Positions 11,941 through 26,800 of a DNA stretch of 64,000 bases are shown one piece after another (positions within the stretch are counted from its first letter, which is position 1; every line of letters begins with the position of its first letter). Source of the stretch: Eledone cirrhosa (Eukaryota). A program made the translations under genes and the position numbers. The notes under the pieces are model-generated. The model did no database searches. It saw nothing but the letters and a program-made list of their open reading frames with translations, and was not told the origin of the DNA. The stretch covers positions 378,386,001 to 378,450,000 of the forward strand of contig OZ024742.1 of NCBI GenBank assembly GCA_964016885.1. The letters run 5' to 3'.

Positions 11941-13631
11941 CACTGAGCATTGTATTGTATTAATGTTGTGGTCATTTGTTGTCTATTGTAGCACTGAGCA
12001 GTCTATTGTATTAATTTTGTGGTCATTTGTAGTCTATTGTAGAACTGAGCAGTCTATTGTATTAATGTTGTGGTCATTCCTAGTATATTGTAGCACTGAG
12101 CAGTCTATTGTATTAATGTTGTGGTCATTTGTAGTCTATTGTAGCACTGAGCAGTCTATTGTATTACTGTTGTGGTCATTTGTAGCTCTATTGTAGCACT
12201 GAGCAGTCTATTATATTAATGTTGTGGTCATTTGTAGTCTATTGTAGCACTGAGCAGTCTATTGTATTAGTGTTGTGGTCATTTGTAGCTCTATTGTAGC
12301 ACTGAGCAGTCTATTGTATTAATGTTGTGGTCAGTTGTAGTCTATTGTAGCACTGAGCAGTCTATTGTATTAATGTTGTGGTCATTTATAGCTCTATTGT
12401 AGCACTGAGCAGTCTATTGTATTAATGTTGTGGTCATTTGTAGCTCTATTGTAGCACTGAGCATTGTATTGTATTAATGTTGTGGTCATTTGTAATCTAT
12501 TGTAGCACTGAGCAGTCTATTGTATTAATGTTGTGGTCATTTGTAGCTCTATTGTAGCACTGAGCAGTCTATTGTATTAATGTTGTGGTTATTTGTATCT
12601 CTATTGTAGCACTGAGCAGTCTATTGTATTAATGTTGTGGTCATTTGTAGCTCTATTGTAGCACTGAGCAGTCTATTGTATTAATGTTGTGGTCATTTGT
12701 AGCTCTATTGTAGCACTGAGCATTGTATTGTATTAATGTTGTGGTCATTTGTAATCTATTGTAGCACTGAGCAGTCTATTGTATTAATGTTGTGGTCATT
12801 TGTAGCTCTATTGTAGCACTGAGCAGTCTATTGTATTAATGTTGTGGTCATTTGTATCTCTATAGTAGCACTGAGCAGTCTATTGTATTAGTGTTGTGGT
12901 CATTTGTAGCTCTATTGTAGCACTGAGCATTGTATTGTATTAATGTTGTGGTCATTTGTAATCTATTGTAGCACTGAGCAGTCTATTGTATTAATGTTGT
13001 GGTCATTTGTAGCTCTATTGTAGCACTGAGCAGTCTATTTTATTAATGTTGTGGTCATTTGTAGCTCTATTGTAGCACTGAGCAGTCTATTGTATTAATG
13101 TTGTGGTCATTTGTAGTCTATTGTAGCACTGAGCAGTCTATTGTATTAGTGTTGTGGTCATTTGTAGCTCTATAGTAGCACTGAGCAGTCTATTGTATTA
13201 ATGTTGTGGTCAGTTGTAGTCTATTGTAGCACTGAGCAGTCTATTGTATTAATGTTGTGGTCAGTTGTAGTCTATTGTAGCACTGAGCAGTCTATTGTAT
13301 TAATGTTGTGTTCATTTGTAGTCTATTGTAGCACTGAGCAGTCTATTGTATTAGTGTTGTGGTCATTTGTAGCTCTATAGTAGCACTGAGCAGTCTATTG
13401 TATTAATGTTGTGGTCAGTTGTAGTCTATTGTAGCCCTGAGCAGTCTATTGTATTAATGTTGTGGTCATTTGTAGCTCTATTGTAGCACTGAGCAGTCTA
13501 TTGTATTAATGTTGTGGTCATTTGTAGTCTATTGTAGCACTGAGCAGTCTATTGTATTAGTGTTGTGGTCATTTGTAGCTCTATAGTAGCACTGAGCAGT
13601 CTATTGTATTAATGTTGTGGTCATTTGTAGC

Positions 13632-16600
13632 TCTATTGTAGCACTGAGCATTGTATTGTATTAATGTTGTGGTCATTTGTTGTCTATTGTAGCACTGAGC
13701 AGTCTATTGTATTAATTTTGTGGTCATTTGTAGTCTATTGTAGAACTGAGCAGTCTATTGTATTAATGTTGTGGTCATTCCTAATCTATTGTAGCACTGA
13801 GCAGTCTATTGTATTAATGTTGTGGTCATTTGTAGTCTATTGTAGCACTGAGCAGTCTATTGTATTAATGTTGTGGTCATTTGTAGCTCTATTGTAGCAC
13901 TGAGCAGTCTATTATATTAATGTTGTGGTCATTTGTAGTCTATTGTAGCACTGAGCAGTCTATTGTATTAGTGTTGTGGTCATTTGTAGCTCTATTGTAG
14001 CACTGAGCAGTCTATTGTATTAATGTTGTGGTCAGTTGTAGTCTATTGTAGCACTGAGCAGTCTATTGTATTAATGTTGTGGTCATTTGTAGTCTATTGT
14101 AGAACTGAGCAGTCTATTGTGTGGTCATTTGTAGTCTATTGTAGCACTGAGCAGTCTGTTGTATTAATGTCGTGGTCAGTTGTAGTCTATTGTAGCACTG
14201 AGCAGTCTATTGTATTAATGTTGTGGTCATTTGTAGCTCTATTGTAGCACTGAGCAGTCTATTGTATTAATGTTGTGCTCATTTGTCGCTCTATTGTAGC
14301 ACTGAGCATTGTATTGTATTAATGTTGTGGTCATTTGTAATCTATTGTAGCACTGAGCAGTCTATTGTATTAGTGTTGTGGTCATTTGTAGCTCTATTGT
14401 AGCACTGAGCAGTCTATTGTATTAATGTTGTGGTCAGTTGTAGTCTATTGTAGCACTGAGCAGTCTATTGTATTAATGTTGTGGTCATTTGTAGCTCTAT
14501 TGTAGCACTGAGCAGTCTATTGTATTAATGTTGTGGTCATTTGTAGCTCTATAGTAGCACTGAGCAGTCTATTGTATTAATGTTGTGGTCAGTTGTAGTC
14601 TATTGTAGCACTGAGCAGTCTATTGTATTAATGTTGTGGTCATTTGTAGCTCTATTGTAGCACTGAGCAGTCTATTGTATTAATGTTGTGGTCAGTTGTA
14701 GTCTATTGTAGCACTGAGCAGTCTATTGTATTAATGTTGTGGTCATTTGTAGCTCTATTGTATCACTGAGCAGTCTATTGTATTAATGTTGTGGTCATTT
14801 GTAGCTCTATTGTAGCACTGAGCATTGTATTGTATCAATGTTGTGGTCATTTGTAGTCTATTGTAGCACTGAGCAGTCTATTGTATTAATGTTGTGGTCA
14901 TTTGTAGCTCTATTGTAGCACTGAGCAGTCTATTGTATTAATGTTGTGGTCATTTGTAACTCTATTGTAGCACTGAGCAGTCTATTGTATTAATATTGTG
15001 GTCATTTGTAGTCTATTGTAGCACTGAGCAGTCTATTGTATTAGTGTTGTGGTCATTTGTAGCTCTATAGTAGCACTGAGCAGTCTATTGTATTAAAGTT
15101 GTGGTCAGTTGTAGTCTATTGTAGCACTGAGCAGTCTATTGTATTAATGGTGTGGTCATTTGTAGCTCTATTGTAGCAATGAGCAGTCTATTGTATTAAT
15201 GTTGTGGTCATTTGTAGCTCTATTGTAGCACTGAGCATTGTATTGTATTAATGTTGTGGTCATTTGTAATCTATTGTAGCACTGAGCAGTCTATTGTATT
15301 AATGTTGTGGTCATTTGTAGCTCTATTGTAGCACTGAGCAGTCTATTGTATTAATGTTGTGGTCCGTTGTAGTCTATTGTAGCACTGAGCAGTCTATTGT
15401 ATTAATGTTGTGGTCATTTGTAGCTCTATTGTAGCACTGAGCAGTCTATTGTATTAATGTTGTGGTCAGTTGTAGTCTATTGTAGCACTGAGCAGTCTAT
15501 TGTATTAATGTTGTGATCATTTGTAGCTCTATTGTATCACTGAGCAGTCTATTGTATTAATGTTGTGGTCATTTGTAGCTCTATTGTAGCACTGAGCATT
15601 GTATTGTATTAATGTTGTGGTCATTTGTAGTCTATTGTAGCACTGAGCAGTCTATTGTATTAATGTTGTGGTCATTTGTAGCTCTATTGTAGCACTGAGC
15701 AGTCTATTGTATTAATGTTGTGGTCATTTGTAGCTCTATTGTAGCACTGAGCAGTCTATTGTATTAATGTTGTGGTCATTTGTAGTCTATTGTAGCACTG
15801 CGCAGTCTATTGTATTAGTGTTGTGATCATTTGTAGCTCTATAGTAGCACTGAGCAGTCTATTGTATTAATGTTGTGGTCAGTTGTAGTCTATTGTAGCA
15901 CTGAGCACTCTATTGTATTAATGTTGTGGTCATTTGTAGCTCTATTGTAGCACTGAGCAGTCTATTGTATTAATGTTGTGGTCATTTGTAGCTCTATAGT
16001 AGCACTGAGCAGTCTATTGTATTAATGTTGTGGTCAGTTGTAGTCTATTGTAGCACTGAGCAGTCTATTGTATTAATGTTGTGGTCATTTGTAGCTCTAT
16101 TGTAGCACTGAGCAGTCTATTGTATTAATGTTGTGGTCATTTGTAGTCTATTGTAGCACTGAGCAGTCTATTGTATTAGTGTTGTGGTCATTTGTAGCTC
16201 TATAGTAGCACTGAGCAGTCTATTGTATTAATGTTGTGGTCATTTGTAGCTCTATTGTAGCACTGAGCATTGTATTGTATTAATGTTGTGGTCATTTGTT
16301 GTCTATTGTAGCACTGAGCAGTCTATTGTATTAATTTTGTGGTCATTTGTAGTCTATTGTAGAACTGAGCAGTCTATTGTATTAATGTCGTGGTCATTCC
16401 TAGTCTATTGTAGCACTGAGCAGTCTATTGTATTAATGTTGTGGTCATTTGTAGTCTATTGTAGCACTGAGCAGTCTATTGTATTAATGTTGTGGTCATT
16501 TGTAGCTCTATTGTAGCACTGAGCAGTCTATTATATTAATGTTGTGGTCATTTGTAGTCTATTGTAGCACTGAGCAGTCTATTGTATTAGTGTTGTGGTC

Positions 16601-19600
16601 ATTTGTAGCTCTATTGTAGCACTAGGCAGTCTATTGTATTAATGTTGTGGTCAGTTGTAGTCTATTGTAGCACTGAGCAGTCTATTGTATTAATGTTGTG
16701 GTCATTTGTAGCTCTATTGTAGCACTGAGCAGTCTATTGTATTTATCTTGTGGTCATTTGTAGCTCTATTGTATCACTGAGCATTGTATTGTATTAATGT
16801 TGTGGTCATTTGTAATCTATTGTAGCACTGAGCAGTCTATTGTATTAATGTTGTGGTCATTTGTAGTCTATTATAGCACTGAGCAGTTTGTTGTATTAAT
16901 GTTGTGGTCATTTGTAGCTCTATTGTAGCACTGAGCAGTCTATTGTATTAATGTTGTGGTCATTTGTAGCTCTATTGTAGCACTGAGCAATCTATTGTAT
17001 TAATGTTGTGGTCATTTGAAGTCTATTGTAGCACTGAGCAGTCTATTGTATTAATGTTGTGGTCATTTGTAGTCTATTATAGCACTGAGCAGTCTGTTGT
17101 ATTAATGTTGTGGTCATTTGTAGCTCTATTGTAGCACTGAGCAGTCTATTATATTAATGTTGTGGTCATTTGTAGTCTATTGTAGCACTGAGCAGTCTAT
17201 TGTATTAGTGTTGTGGTCATTTGTAGCTCTATTGTAGCACTGAGCAGTCTATTGTATTAATGTTGTGGTCAGTTGTAGTCTATTGTAGCACTGAGCAGTC
17301 TATTGTATTAATGTTGTGGTCATTTGTAGTCTATTGTAGAACTGAGCAGTCTATTGTGTGGTCATTTGTAGTCTATTGTAGCACTGAGCAGTCTGTTGTA
17401 TTAATGTCGTGGTCAGTTGTAGTCTATTGTAGCACTGAGCAGTCTATTGTATTAATGTTGTGGTCATTTGTAGCTCTATTGTAGCACTGAGCAGTCTATT
17501 ATATTAATGTTGTGGTCATTTGTAGTCTATTATAGCACTGAGCAGTCTGTTGTATTAATGTTGTGGTCATTTGTAGCTCTATTGTAGCACTGAGCAGTCT
17601 ATTGTATTAATGTTGTGGTCATTTGTAGCTCTATTGTAGCACTGAGCAATCTATTGTATTAATGTTGTGGTCATTTGAAGTCTATTGTAGCACTGAGCAG
17701 TCTATTGTATTAATGTTGTGGTCATTTGTAGTCTATTATAGCACTGAGCAGTCTGTTGTATTAATGTTGTGGTCATTTGTAGCTCTATTGTAGCACTGAG
17801 CAGTCTATTATATTAATGTTGTGGTCATTTGTAGTCTATTGTAGCACTGAGCAGTCTATTGTATTAGTGTTGTGGTCATTTGTAGCTCTATTGTAGCACT
17901 GAGCAGTCTATTGTATTAATGTTGTGGTCAGTTGTAGTCTATTGTAGCACTGAGCAGTCTATTGTATTAATGTTGTGGTCATTTGTAGTCTATTGTAGAA
18001 CTGAGCAGTCTATTGTGTGGTCATTTGTAGTCTATTGTAGCACTGAGCAGTCTGTTGTATTAATGTCGTGGTCAGTTGTAGTCTATTGTAGCACTGAGCA
18101 GTCTATTGTATTAATGTTGTGGTCATTTGTAGCTCTATTGTAGCACTGAGCAGTCTATTGTATTAATGTTGTGGTCATTTGTCGCTCTATTGTAGCACTG
18201 AGCATTGTATTGTATTAATGTTGTGGTCATTTGTTGTCTATTGTAGCACTGAGCAGTCTATTGTATTAATTTTGTGGTCATTTGTAGTCTATTGTAGAAC
18301 TGAGCAGTCTATTGTATTAATGTTGTGGTCATTCCTAATCTATTGTAGCACTGAGCAGTCTATTGTATTAATGTTGTGGTCATTTGTAGTCTATTGTAGC
18401 ACTGAGCAGTCTATTGTATTAATGTTGTGGTCATTTGTAGCTCTATTGTAGCACTGAGCAGTCTATTATATTAATGTTGTGGTCATTTGTAGTCTATTGT
18501 AGCACTGAGCAGTCTATTGTATTAGTGTTGTGGTCATTTGTAGCTCTATTGTAGCACTGAGCAGTCTATTGTATTAATGTTGTGGTCAGTTGTAGTCTAT
18601 TGTAGCACTGAGCAGTCTATTGTATTAATGTTGTGGTCATTTGTAGTCTATTGTAGAACTGAGCAGTCTATTGTGTGGTCATTTGTAGTCTATTGTAGCA
18701 CTGAGCAGTCTGTTGTATTAATGTCGTGGTCAGTTGTAGTCTATTGTAGCACTGAGCAGTCTATTGTATTAATGTTGTGGTCATTTGTAGCTCTATTGTA
18801 GCACTGAGCAGTCTATTGTATTAATGTTGTGGTCATTTGTCGCTCTATTGTAGCACTGAGCATTGTATTGTATTAATGTTGTGGTCATTTGTAATCTATT
18901 GTAGCACTGAGCAGTCTATTGTATTAGTGTTGTGGTCATTTGTAGCTCTATTGTAGCACTGAGCAGTCTATTGTATTAATGTTGTGGTCAGTTGTAGTCT
19001 ATTGTAGCACTGAGCAGTCTATTGTATTAATGTTGTGGTCATTTGTAGCTCTATTGTAGCACTGAGCAGTCTATTGTATTAATGTTGTGGTCATTTGTAG
19101 CTCTATAGTAGCACTGAGCAGTCTATTGTATTAATGTTGTGGTCAGTTGTAGTCTATTGTAGCACTGAGCAGTCTATTGTATTAATGTTGTGGTCATTTG
19201 TAGCTCTATTGTAGCACTGAGCAGTCTATTGTATTAATGTTGTGGTCAGTTGTAGTCTATTGTAGCACTGAGCAGTCTATTGTATTAATGTTGTGGTCAT
19301 TTGTAGCTCTATTGTATCACTGAGCAGTCTATTGTATTAATGTTGTGGTCATTTGTAGCTCTATTGTAGCACTGAGCATTGTATTGTATCAATGTTGTGG
19401 TCATTTGTAGTCTATTGTAGCACTGAGCAGTCTATTGTATTAATGTTGTGGTCATTTGTAGCTCTATTGTAGCACTGAGCAGTCTATTGTATTAATGTTG
19501 TGGTCATTTGTAACTCTATTGTAGCACTGAGCAGTCTATTGTATTAATATTGTGGTCATTTGTAGTCTATTGTAGCACTGAGCAGTCTATTGTATTAGTG

Positions 19601-22600
19601 TTGTGGTCATTTGTAGCTCTATAGTAGCACTGAGCAGTCTATTGTATTAAAGTTGTGGTCAGTTGTAGTCTATTGTAGCACTGAGCAGTCTATTGTATTA
19701 ATGGTGTGGTCATTTGTAGCTCTATTGTAGCAATGAGCAGTCTATTGTATTAATGTTGTGGTCATTTGTAGCTCTATTGTAGCACTGAGCATTGTATTGT
19801 ATTAATGTTGTGGTCATTTGTAATCTATTGTAGCACTGAGCAGTCTATTGTATTAATGTTGTGGTCATTTGTAGCTCTATTGTAGCACTGAGCAGTCTAT
19901 TGTATTAATGTTGTGGTCCGTTGTAGTCTATTGTAGCACTGAGCAGTCTATTGTATTAATGTTGTGGTCATTTGTAGCTCTATTGTAGCACTGAGCAGTC
20001 TATTGTATTAATGTTGTGGTCAGTTGTAGTCTATTGTAGCACTGAGCAGTCTATTGTATTAATGTTGTGATCATTTGTAGCTCTATTGTATCACTGAGCA
20101 GTCTATTGTATTAATGTTGTGGTCATTTGTATTTCTATTGTAGCACTGAGCATTGTATTGTATTAATGTTGTGGTCATTTGTAGTCTATTGTAGCACTGA
20201 GCAGTCTATTGTATTAATGTTGTGGTCATTTGTAGCTCTATTGTAGCACTGAGCAGTCTATTGTATTAATGTTGTGGTCATTTGTAGCTCTATTGTAGCA
20301 CTGAGCAGTCTATTGTATTAATGTTGTGGTCATTTGTAGTCTATTGTAGCACTGCGCAGTCTATTGTATTAGTGTTGTGATCATTTGTAGCTCTATAGTA
20401 GCACTGAGCAGTCTATTGTATTAATGTTGTGGTCAGTTGTAGTCTATTGTAGCACTGAGCACTCTATTGTATTAATGTTGTGGTCATTTGTAGCTCTATT
20501 GTAGCACTGAGCAGTCTATTGTATTAATGTTGTGGTCATTTGTAGCTCTATAGTAGCACTGAGCAGTCTATTGTATTAATGTTGTGGTCAGTTGTAGTCT
20601 ATTGTAGCACTGAGCAGTCTATTGTATTAATGTTGTGGTCATTTGTAGCTCTATTGTAGCACTGAGCAGTCTATTGTATTAATGTTGTGGTCATTTGTAG
20701 TCTATTGTAGCACTGAGCAGTCTATTGTATTAGTGTTGTGGTCATTTGTAGCTCTATAGTAGCACTGAGCAGTCTATTGTATTAATGTTGTGGTCATTTG
20801 TAGCTCTATTGTAGCACTGAGCATTGTATTGTATTAATGTTGTGGTCATTTGTTGTCTATTGTAGCACTGAGCAGTCTATTGTATTAATTTTGTGGTCAT
20901 TTGTAGTCTATTGTAGAACTGAGCAGTCTATTGTATTAATGTCGTGGTCATTCCTAGTCTATTGTAGCACTGAGCAGTCTATTGTATTAATGTTGTGGTC
21001 ATTTGTAGTCTATTGTAGCACTGAGCAGTCTATTGTATTAATGTTGTGGTCATTTGTAGCTCTATTGTAGCACTGAACAGTCTATTATATTAATGTTGTG
21101 GTCATTTGTAGTCTATTGTAGCACTGAGCAGTCTATTGTATTAGTGTTGTGGTCATTTGTAGCTCTATTGTAGCACTAGGCAGTCTATTGTATTAATGTT
21201 GTGGTCAGTTGTAGTCTATTGTAGCACTGAGCAGTCTATTGTATTAATGTTGTGGTCATTTGTAGCTCTATTGTAGCACTGAGCAGTCTATTGTATTTAT
21301 CTTGTGGTCATTTGTAGCTCTATTGTATCACTGAGCATTGTATTGTATTAATGTTGTGGTCATTTGTAATCTATTGTAGCACTGAGCAGTCTATTGTATT
21401 AATGTTGTGGTCATTTGTAGTCTATTATAGCACTGAGCAGTTTGTTGTATTAATGTTGTGGTCATTTGTAGCTCTATTGTAGCACTGAGCAGTCTATTGT
21501 ATTAATGTTGTGGTCATTTGTAGCTCTATTGTAGCACTGAGCAATCTATTGTATTAATGTTGTGGTCATTTGAAGTCTATTGTAGCACTGAGCAGTCTAT
21601 TGTATTAATGTTGTGGTCATTTGTAGTCTATTATAGCACTGAGCAGTCTGTTGTATTAATGTTGTGGTCATTTGTAGCTCTATTGTAGCACTGAGCAGTC
21701 TATTATATTAATGTTGTGGTCATTTGTAGTCTATTGTAGCACTGAGCAGTCTATTGTATTAGTGTTGTGGTCATTTGTAGCTCTATTGTAGCACTGAGCA
21801 GTCTATTGTATTAATGTTGTGGTCAGTTGTAGTCTATTGTAGCACTGAGCAGTCTATTGTATTAATGTTGTGGTCATTTGTAGTCTATTGTAGAACTGAG
21901 CAGTCTATTGTGTGGTCATTTGTAGTCTATTGTAGCACTGAGCAGTCTGTTGTATTAATGTCGTGGTCAGTTGTAGTCTATTGTAGCACTGAGCAGTCTA
22001 TTGTATTAATGTTGTGGTCATTTGTAGCTCTATTGTAGCACTGAGCAGTCTATTGTATTAATGTTGTGGTCATTTGTAGTCTATTATAGCACTGAGCAGT
22101 CTGTTGTATTAATGTTGTGGTCATTTGTAGCTCTATTGTAGCACTGAGCAGTCTATTGTATTAATGTTGTGGTCATTTGTAGCTCTATTGTAGCACTGAG
22201 CAATCTATTGTATTAATGTTGTGGTCATTTGAAGTCTATTGTAGCACTGAGCAGTCTATTGTATTAATGTTGTGGTCATTTGTAGTCTATTATAGCACTG
22301 AGCAGTCTGTTGTATTAATGTTGTGGTCATTTGTAGCTCTATTGTAGCACTGAGCAGTCTATTATATTAATGTTGTGGTCATTTGTAGTCTATTGTAGCA
22401 CTGAGCAGTCTATTGTATTAGTGTTGTGGTCATTTGTAGCTCTATTGTAGCACTGAGCAGTCTATTGTATTAATGTTGTGGTCAGTTGTAGTCTATTGTA
22501 GCACTGAGCAGTCTATTGTATTAATGTTGTGGTCATTTGTAGTCTATTGTAGAACTGAGCAGTCTATTGTGTGGTCATTTGTAGTCTATTGTAGCACTGA

Positions 22601-23802
22601 GCAGTCTGTTGTATTAATGTCGTGGTCAGTTGTAGTCTATTGTAGCACTGAGCAGTCTATTGTATTAATGTTGTGGTCATTTGTAGCTCTATTGTAGCAC
22701 TGAGCAGTCTATTGTATTAATGTTGTGGTCATTTGTCGCTCTATTGTAGCACTGAGCATTGTATTGTATTAATGTTGTGGTCATTTGTTGTCTATTGTAG
22801 CACTGAGCAGTCTATTGTATTAATTTTGTGGTCATTTGTAGTCTATTGTAGAACTGAGCAGTCTATTGTATTAATGTTGTGGTCATTCCTAATCTATTGT
22901 AGCACTGAGCAGTCTATTGTATTAATGTTGTGGTCATTTGTAGTCTATTGTAGCACTGAGCAGTCTATTGTATTAATGTTGTGGTCATTTGTAGCTCTAT
23001 TGTAGCACTGAGCAGTCTATTATATTAATGTTGTGGTCATTTGTAGTCTATTGTAGCACTGAGCAGTCTATTGTATTAGTGTTGTGGTCATTTGTAGCTC
23101 TAATGTAGCACTGAGCAGTCTATTGTATTAATGTTGTGGTCAGTTGTAGTCTATTGTAGCACTGAGCAGTCTATTGTATTAATGTTGTGGTCATTTGTAG
23201 TCTATTGTAGAACTGAGCAGTCTATTGTGTGGTCATTTGTAGTCTATTGTAGCACTGAGCAGTCTGTTGTATTAATGTCGTGGTCAGTTGTAGTCTATTG
23301 TAGCACTGAGCAGTCTATTGTATTAATGTTGTGGTCATTTGTAGCTCTATTGTAGCACTGAGCAGTCTATTGTATTAATGTTGTGGTCATTTGTCGCTCT
23401 ATTGTAGCACTGAGCATTGTATTGTATTAATGTTGTGGTCATTTGTAATCTATTGTAGCACTGAGCAGTCTATTGTATTAGTGTTGTGGTCATTTGTAGC
23501 TCTATTGTAGCACTGAGCAGTCTATTGTATTAATGTTGTGGTCAGTTGTAGTCTATTGTAGCACTGAGCAGTCTATTGTATTAATGTTGTGGTCATTTGT
23601 AGCTCTATTGTAGCACTGAGCAGTCTATTGTATTAATGTTGTGGTCATTTGTAGCTCTATAGTAGCACTGAGCAGTCTATTGTATTAATGTTGTGGTCAG
23701 TTGTAGTCTATTGTAGCACTGAGCAGTCTATTGTATTAATGTTGTGGTCATTTGTAGCTCTATTGTAGCACTGAGCAGTCTATTGTATTAATGTTGTGGT
23801 CA
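13632..23802. repeat. Higher-order repeat with 4,554-bp period (~89 monomers), about 2.2 copies here and continuing downstream
   Basis: Marker ORF starts offset by exactly 4554: 14023/18577, 16283/20837, 17260/21814, 17919/22473, 18179/22733, 18577/23131. The period is also seen at 24203/28757, 24463/29017, 24861/29415, 50717/55271 and 51115/55669. Confidence 0.92.
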
Positions 23803-26800
23803 TTTGTAGTCTATTATAGCACTGAGCAGTCTGTTGTATTAATGTTGTGGTCATTTGTAGCTCTATTGTAGCACTGAGCAGTCTATTGTATTAATGTTGT
23901 GGTCATTTGTAGCTCTATTGTAGCACTGAGCAATCTATTGTATTAATGTTGTGGTCATTTGAAGTCTATTGTAGCACTGAGCAGTCTATTGTATTAATGT
24001 TGTGGTCATTTGTAGTCTATTATAGCACTGAGCAGTCTGTTGTATTAATGTTGTGGTCATTTGTAGCTCTATTGTAGCACTGAGCAGTCTATTATATTAA
24101 TGTTGTGGTCATTTGTAGTCTATTGTAGCACTGAGCAGTCTATTGTATTAGTGTTGTGGTCATTTGTAGCTCTATTGTAGCACTGAGCAGTCTATTGTAT
24201 TAATGTTGTGGTCAGTTGTAGTCTATTGTAGCACTGAGCAGTCTATTGTATTAATGTTGTGGTCATTTGTAGTCTATTGTAGAACTGAGCAGTCTATTGT
24301 GTGGTCATTTGTAGTCTATTGTAGCACTGAGCAGTCTGTTGTATTAATGTCGTGGTCAGTTGTAGTCTATTGTAGCACTGAGCAGTCTATTGTATTAATG
24401 TTGTGGTCATTTGTAGCTCTATTGTAGCACTGAGCAGTCTATTGTATTAATGTTGTGGTCATTTGTCGCTCTATTGTAGCACTGAGCATTGTATTGTATT
24501 AATGTTGTGGTCATTTGTTGTCTATTGTAGCACTGAGCAGTCTATTGTATTAATTTTGTGGTCATTTGTAGTCTATTGTAGAACTGAGCAGTCTATTGTA
24601 TTAATGTTGTGGTCATTCCTAATCTATTGTAGCACTGAGCAGTCTATTGTATTAATGTTGTGGTCATTTGTAGTCTATTGTAGCACTGAGCAGTCTATTG
24701 TATTAATGTTGTGGTCATTTGTAGCTCTATTGTAGCACTGAGCAGTCTATTATATTAATGTTGTGGTCATTTGTAGTCTATTGTAGCACTGAGCAGTCTA
24801 TTGTATTAGTGTTGTGGTCATTTGTAGCTCTATTGTAGCACTGAGCAGTCTATTGTATTAATGTTGTGGTCAGTTGTAGTCTATTGTAGCACTGAGCAGT
24901 CTATTGTATTAATGTTGTGGTCATTTGTAGTCTATTGTAGAACTGAGCAGTCTATTGTGTGGTCATTTGTAGTCTATTGTAGCACTGAGCAGTCTGTTGT
25001 ATTAATGTCGTGGTCAGTTGTAGTCTATTGTAGCACTGAGCAGTCTATTGTATTAATGTTGTGGTCATTTGTAGCTCTATTGTAGCACTGAGCAGTCTAT
25101 TGTATTAATGTTGTGGTCATTTGTCGCTCTATTGTAGCACTGAGCATTGTATTGTATTAATGTTGTGGTCATTTGTAATCTATTGTAGCACTGAGCAGTC
25201 TATTGTATTAGTGTTGTGGTCATTTGTAGCTCTATTGTAGCACTGAGCAGTCTATTGTATTAATGTTGTGGTCAGTTGTAGTCTATTGTAGCACTGAGCA
25301 GTCTATTGTATTAATGTTGTGGTCATTTGTAGCTCTATTGTAGCACTGAGCAGTCTATTGTATTAATGTTGTGGTCATTTGTAGCTCTATAGTAGCACTG
25401 AGCAGTCTATTGTATTAATGTTGTGGTCAGTTGTAGTCTATTGTAGCACTGAGCAGTCTATTGTATTAATGTTGTGGTCATTTGTAGCTCTATTGTAGCA
25501 CTGAGCAGTCTATTGTATTAATGTTGTGGTCAGTTGTAGTCTATTGTAGCACTGAGCAGTCTATTGTATTAATGTTGTGGTCATTTGTAGCTCTATTGTA
25601 TCACTGAGCAGTCTATTGTATTAATGTTGTGGTCATTTGTAGCTCTATTGTAGCACTGAGCATTGTATTGTATCAATGTTGTGGTCATTTGTAGTCTATT
25701 GTAGCACTGAGCAGTCTATTGTATTAATGTTGTGGTCATTTGTAGCTCTATTGTAGCACTGAGCAGTCTATTGTATTAATGTTGTGGTCATTTGTAACTC
25801 TATTGTAGCACTGAGCAGTCTATTGTATTAATATTGTGGTCATTTGTAGTCTATTGTAGCACTGAGCAGTCTATTGTATTAGTGTTGTGGTCATTTGTAG
25901 CTCTATAGTAGCACTGAGCAGTCTATTGTATTAAAGTTGTGGTCAGTTGTAGTCTATTGTAGCACTGAGCAGTCTATTGTATTAATGGTGTGGTCATTTG
26001 TAGCTCTATTGTAGCAATGAGCAGTCTATTGTATTAATGTTGTGGTCATTTGTAGCTCTATTGTAGCACTGAGCATTGTATTGTATTAATGTTGTGGTCA
26101 TTTGTAATCTATTGTAGCACTGAGCAGTCTATTGTATTAATGTTGTGGTCATTTGTAGCTCTATTGTAGCACTGAGCAGTCTATTGTATTAATGTTGTGG
26201 TCCGTTGTAGTCTATTGTAGCACTGAGCAGTCTATTGTATTAATGTTGTGGTCATTTGTAGCTCTATTGTAGCACTGAGCAGTCTATTGTATTAATGTTG
26301 TGGTCAGTTGTAGTCTATTGTAGCACTGAGCAGTCTATTGTATTAATGTTGTGATCATTTGTAGCTCTATTGTATCACTGAGCAGTCTATTGTATTAATG
26401 TTGTGGTCATTTGTATTTCTATTGTAGCACTGAGCATTGTATTGTATTAATGTTGTGGTCATTTGTAGTCTATTGTAGCACTGAGCAGTCTATTGTATTA
26501 ATGTTGTGGTCATTTGTAGCTCTATTGTAGCACTGAGCAGTCTATTGTATTAATGTTGTGGTCATTTGTAGCTCTATTGTAGCACTGAGCAGTCTATTGT
26601 ATTAATGTTGTGGTCATTTGTAGTCTATTGTAGCACTGCGCAGTCTATTGTATTAGTGTTGTGATCATTTGTAGCTCTATAGTAGCACTGAGCAGTCTAT
26701 TGTATTAATGTTGTGGTCAGTTGTAGTCTATTGTAGCACTGAGCACTCTATTGTATTAATGTTGTGGTCATTTGTAGCTCTATTGTAGCACTGAGCAGTC

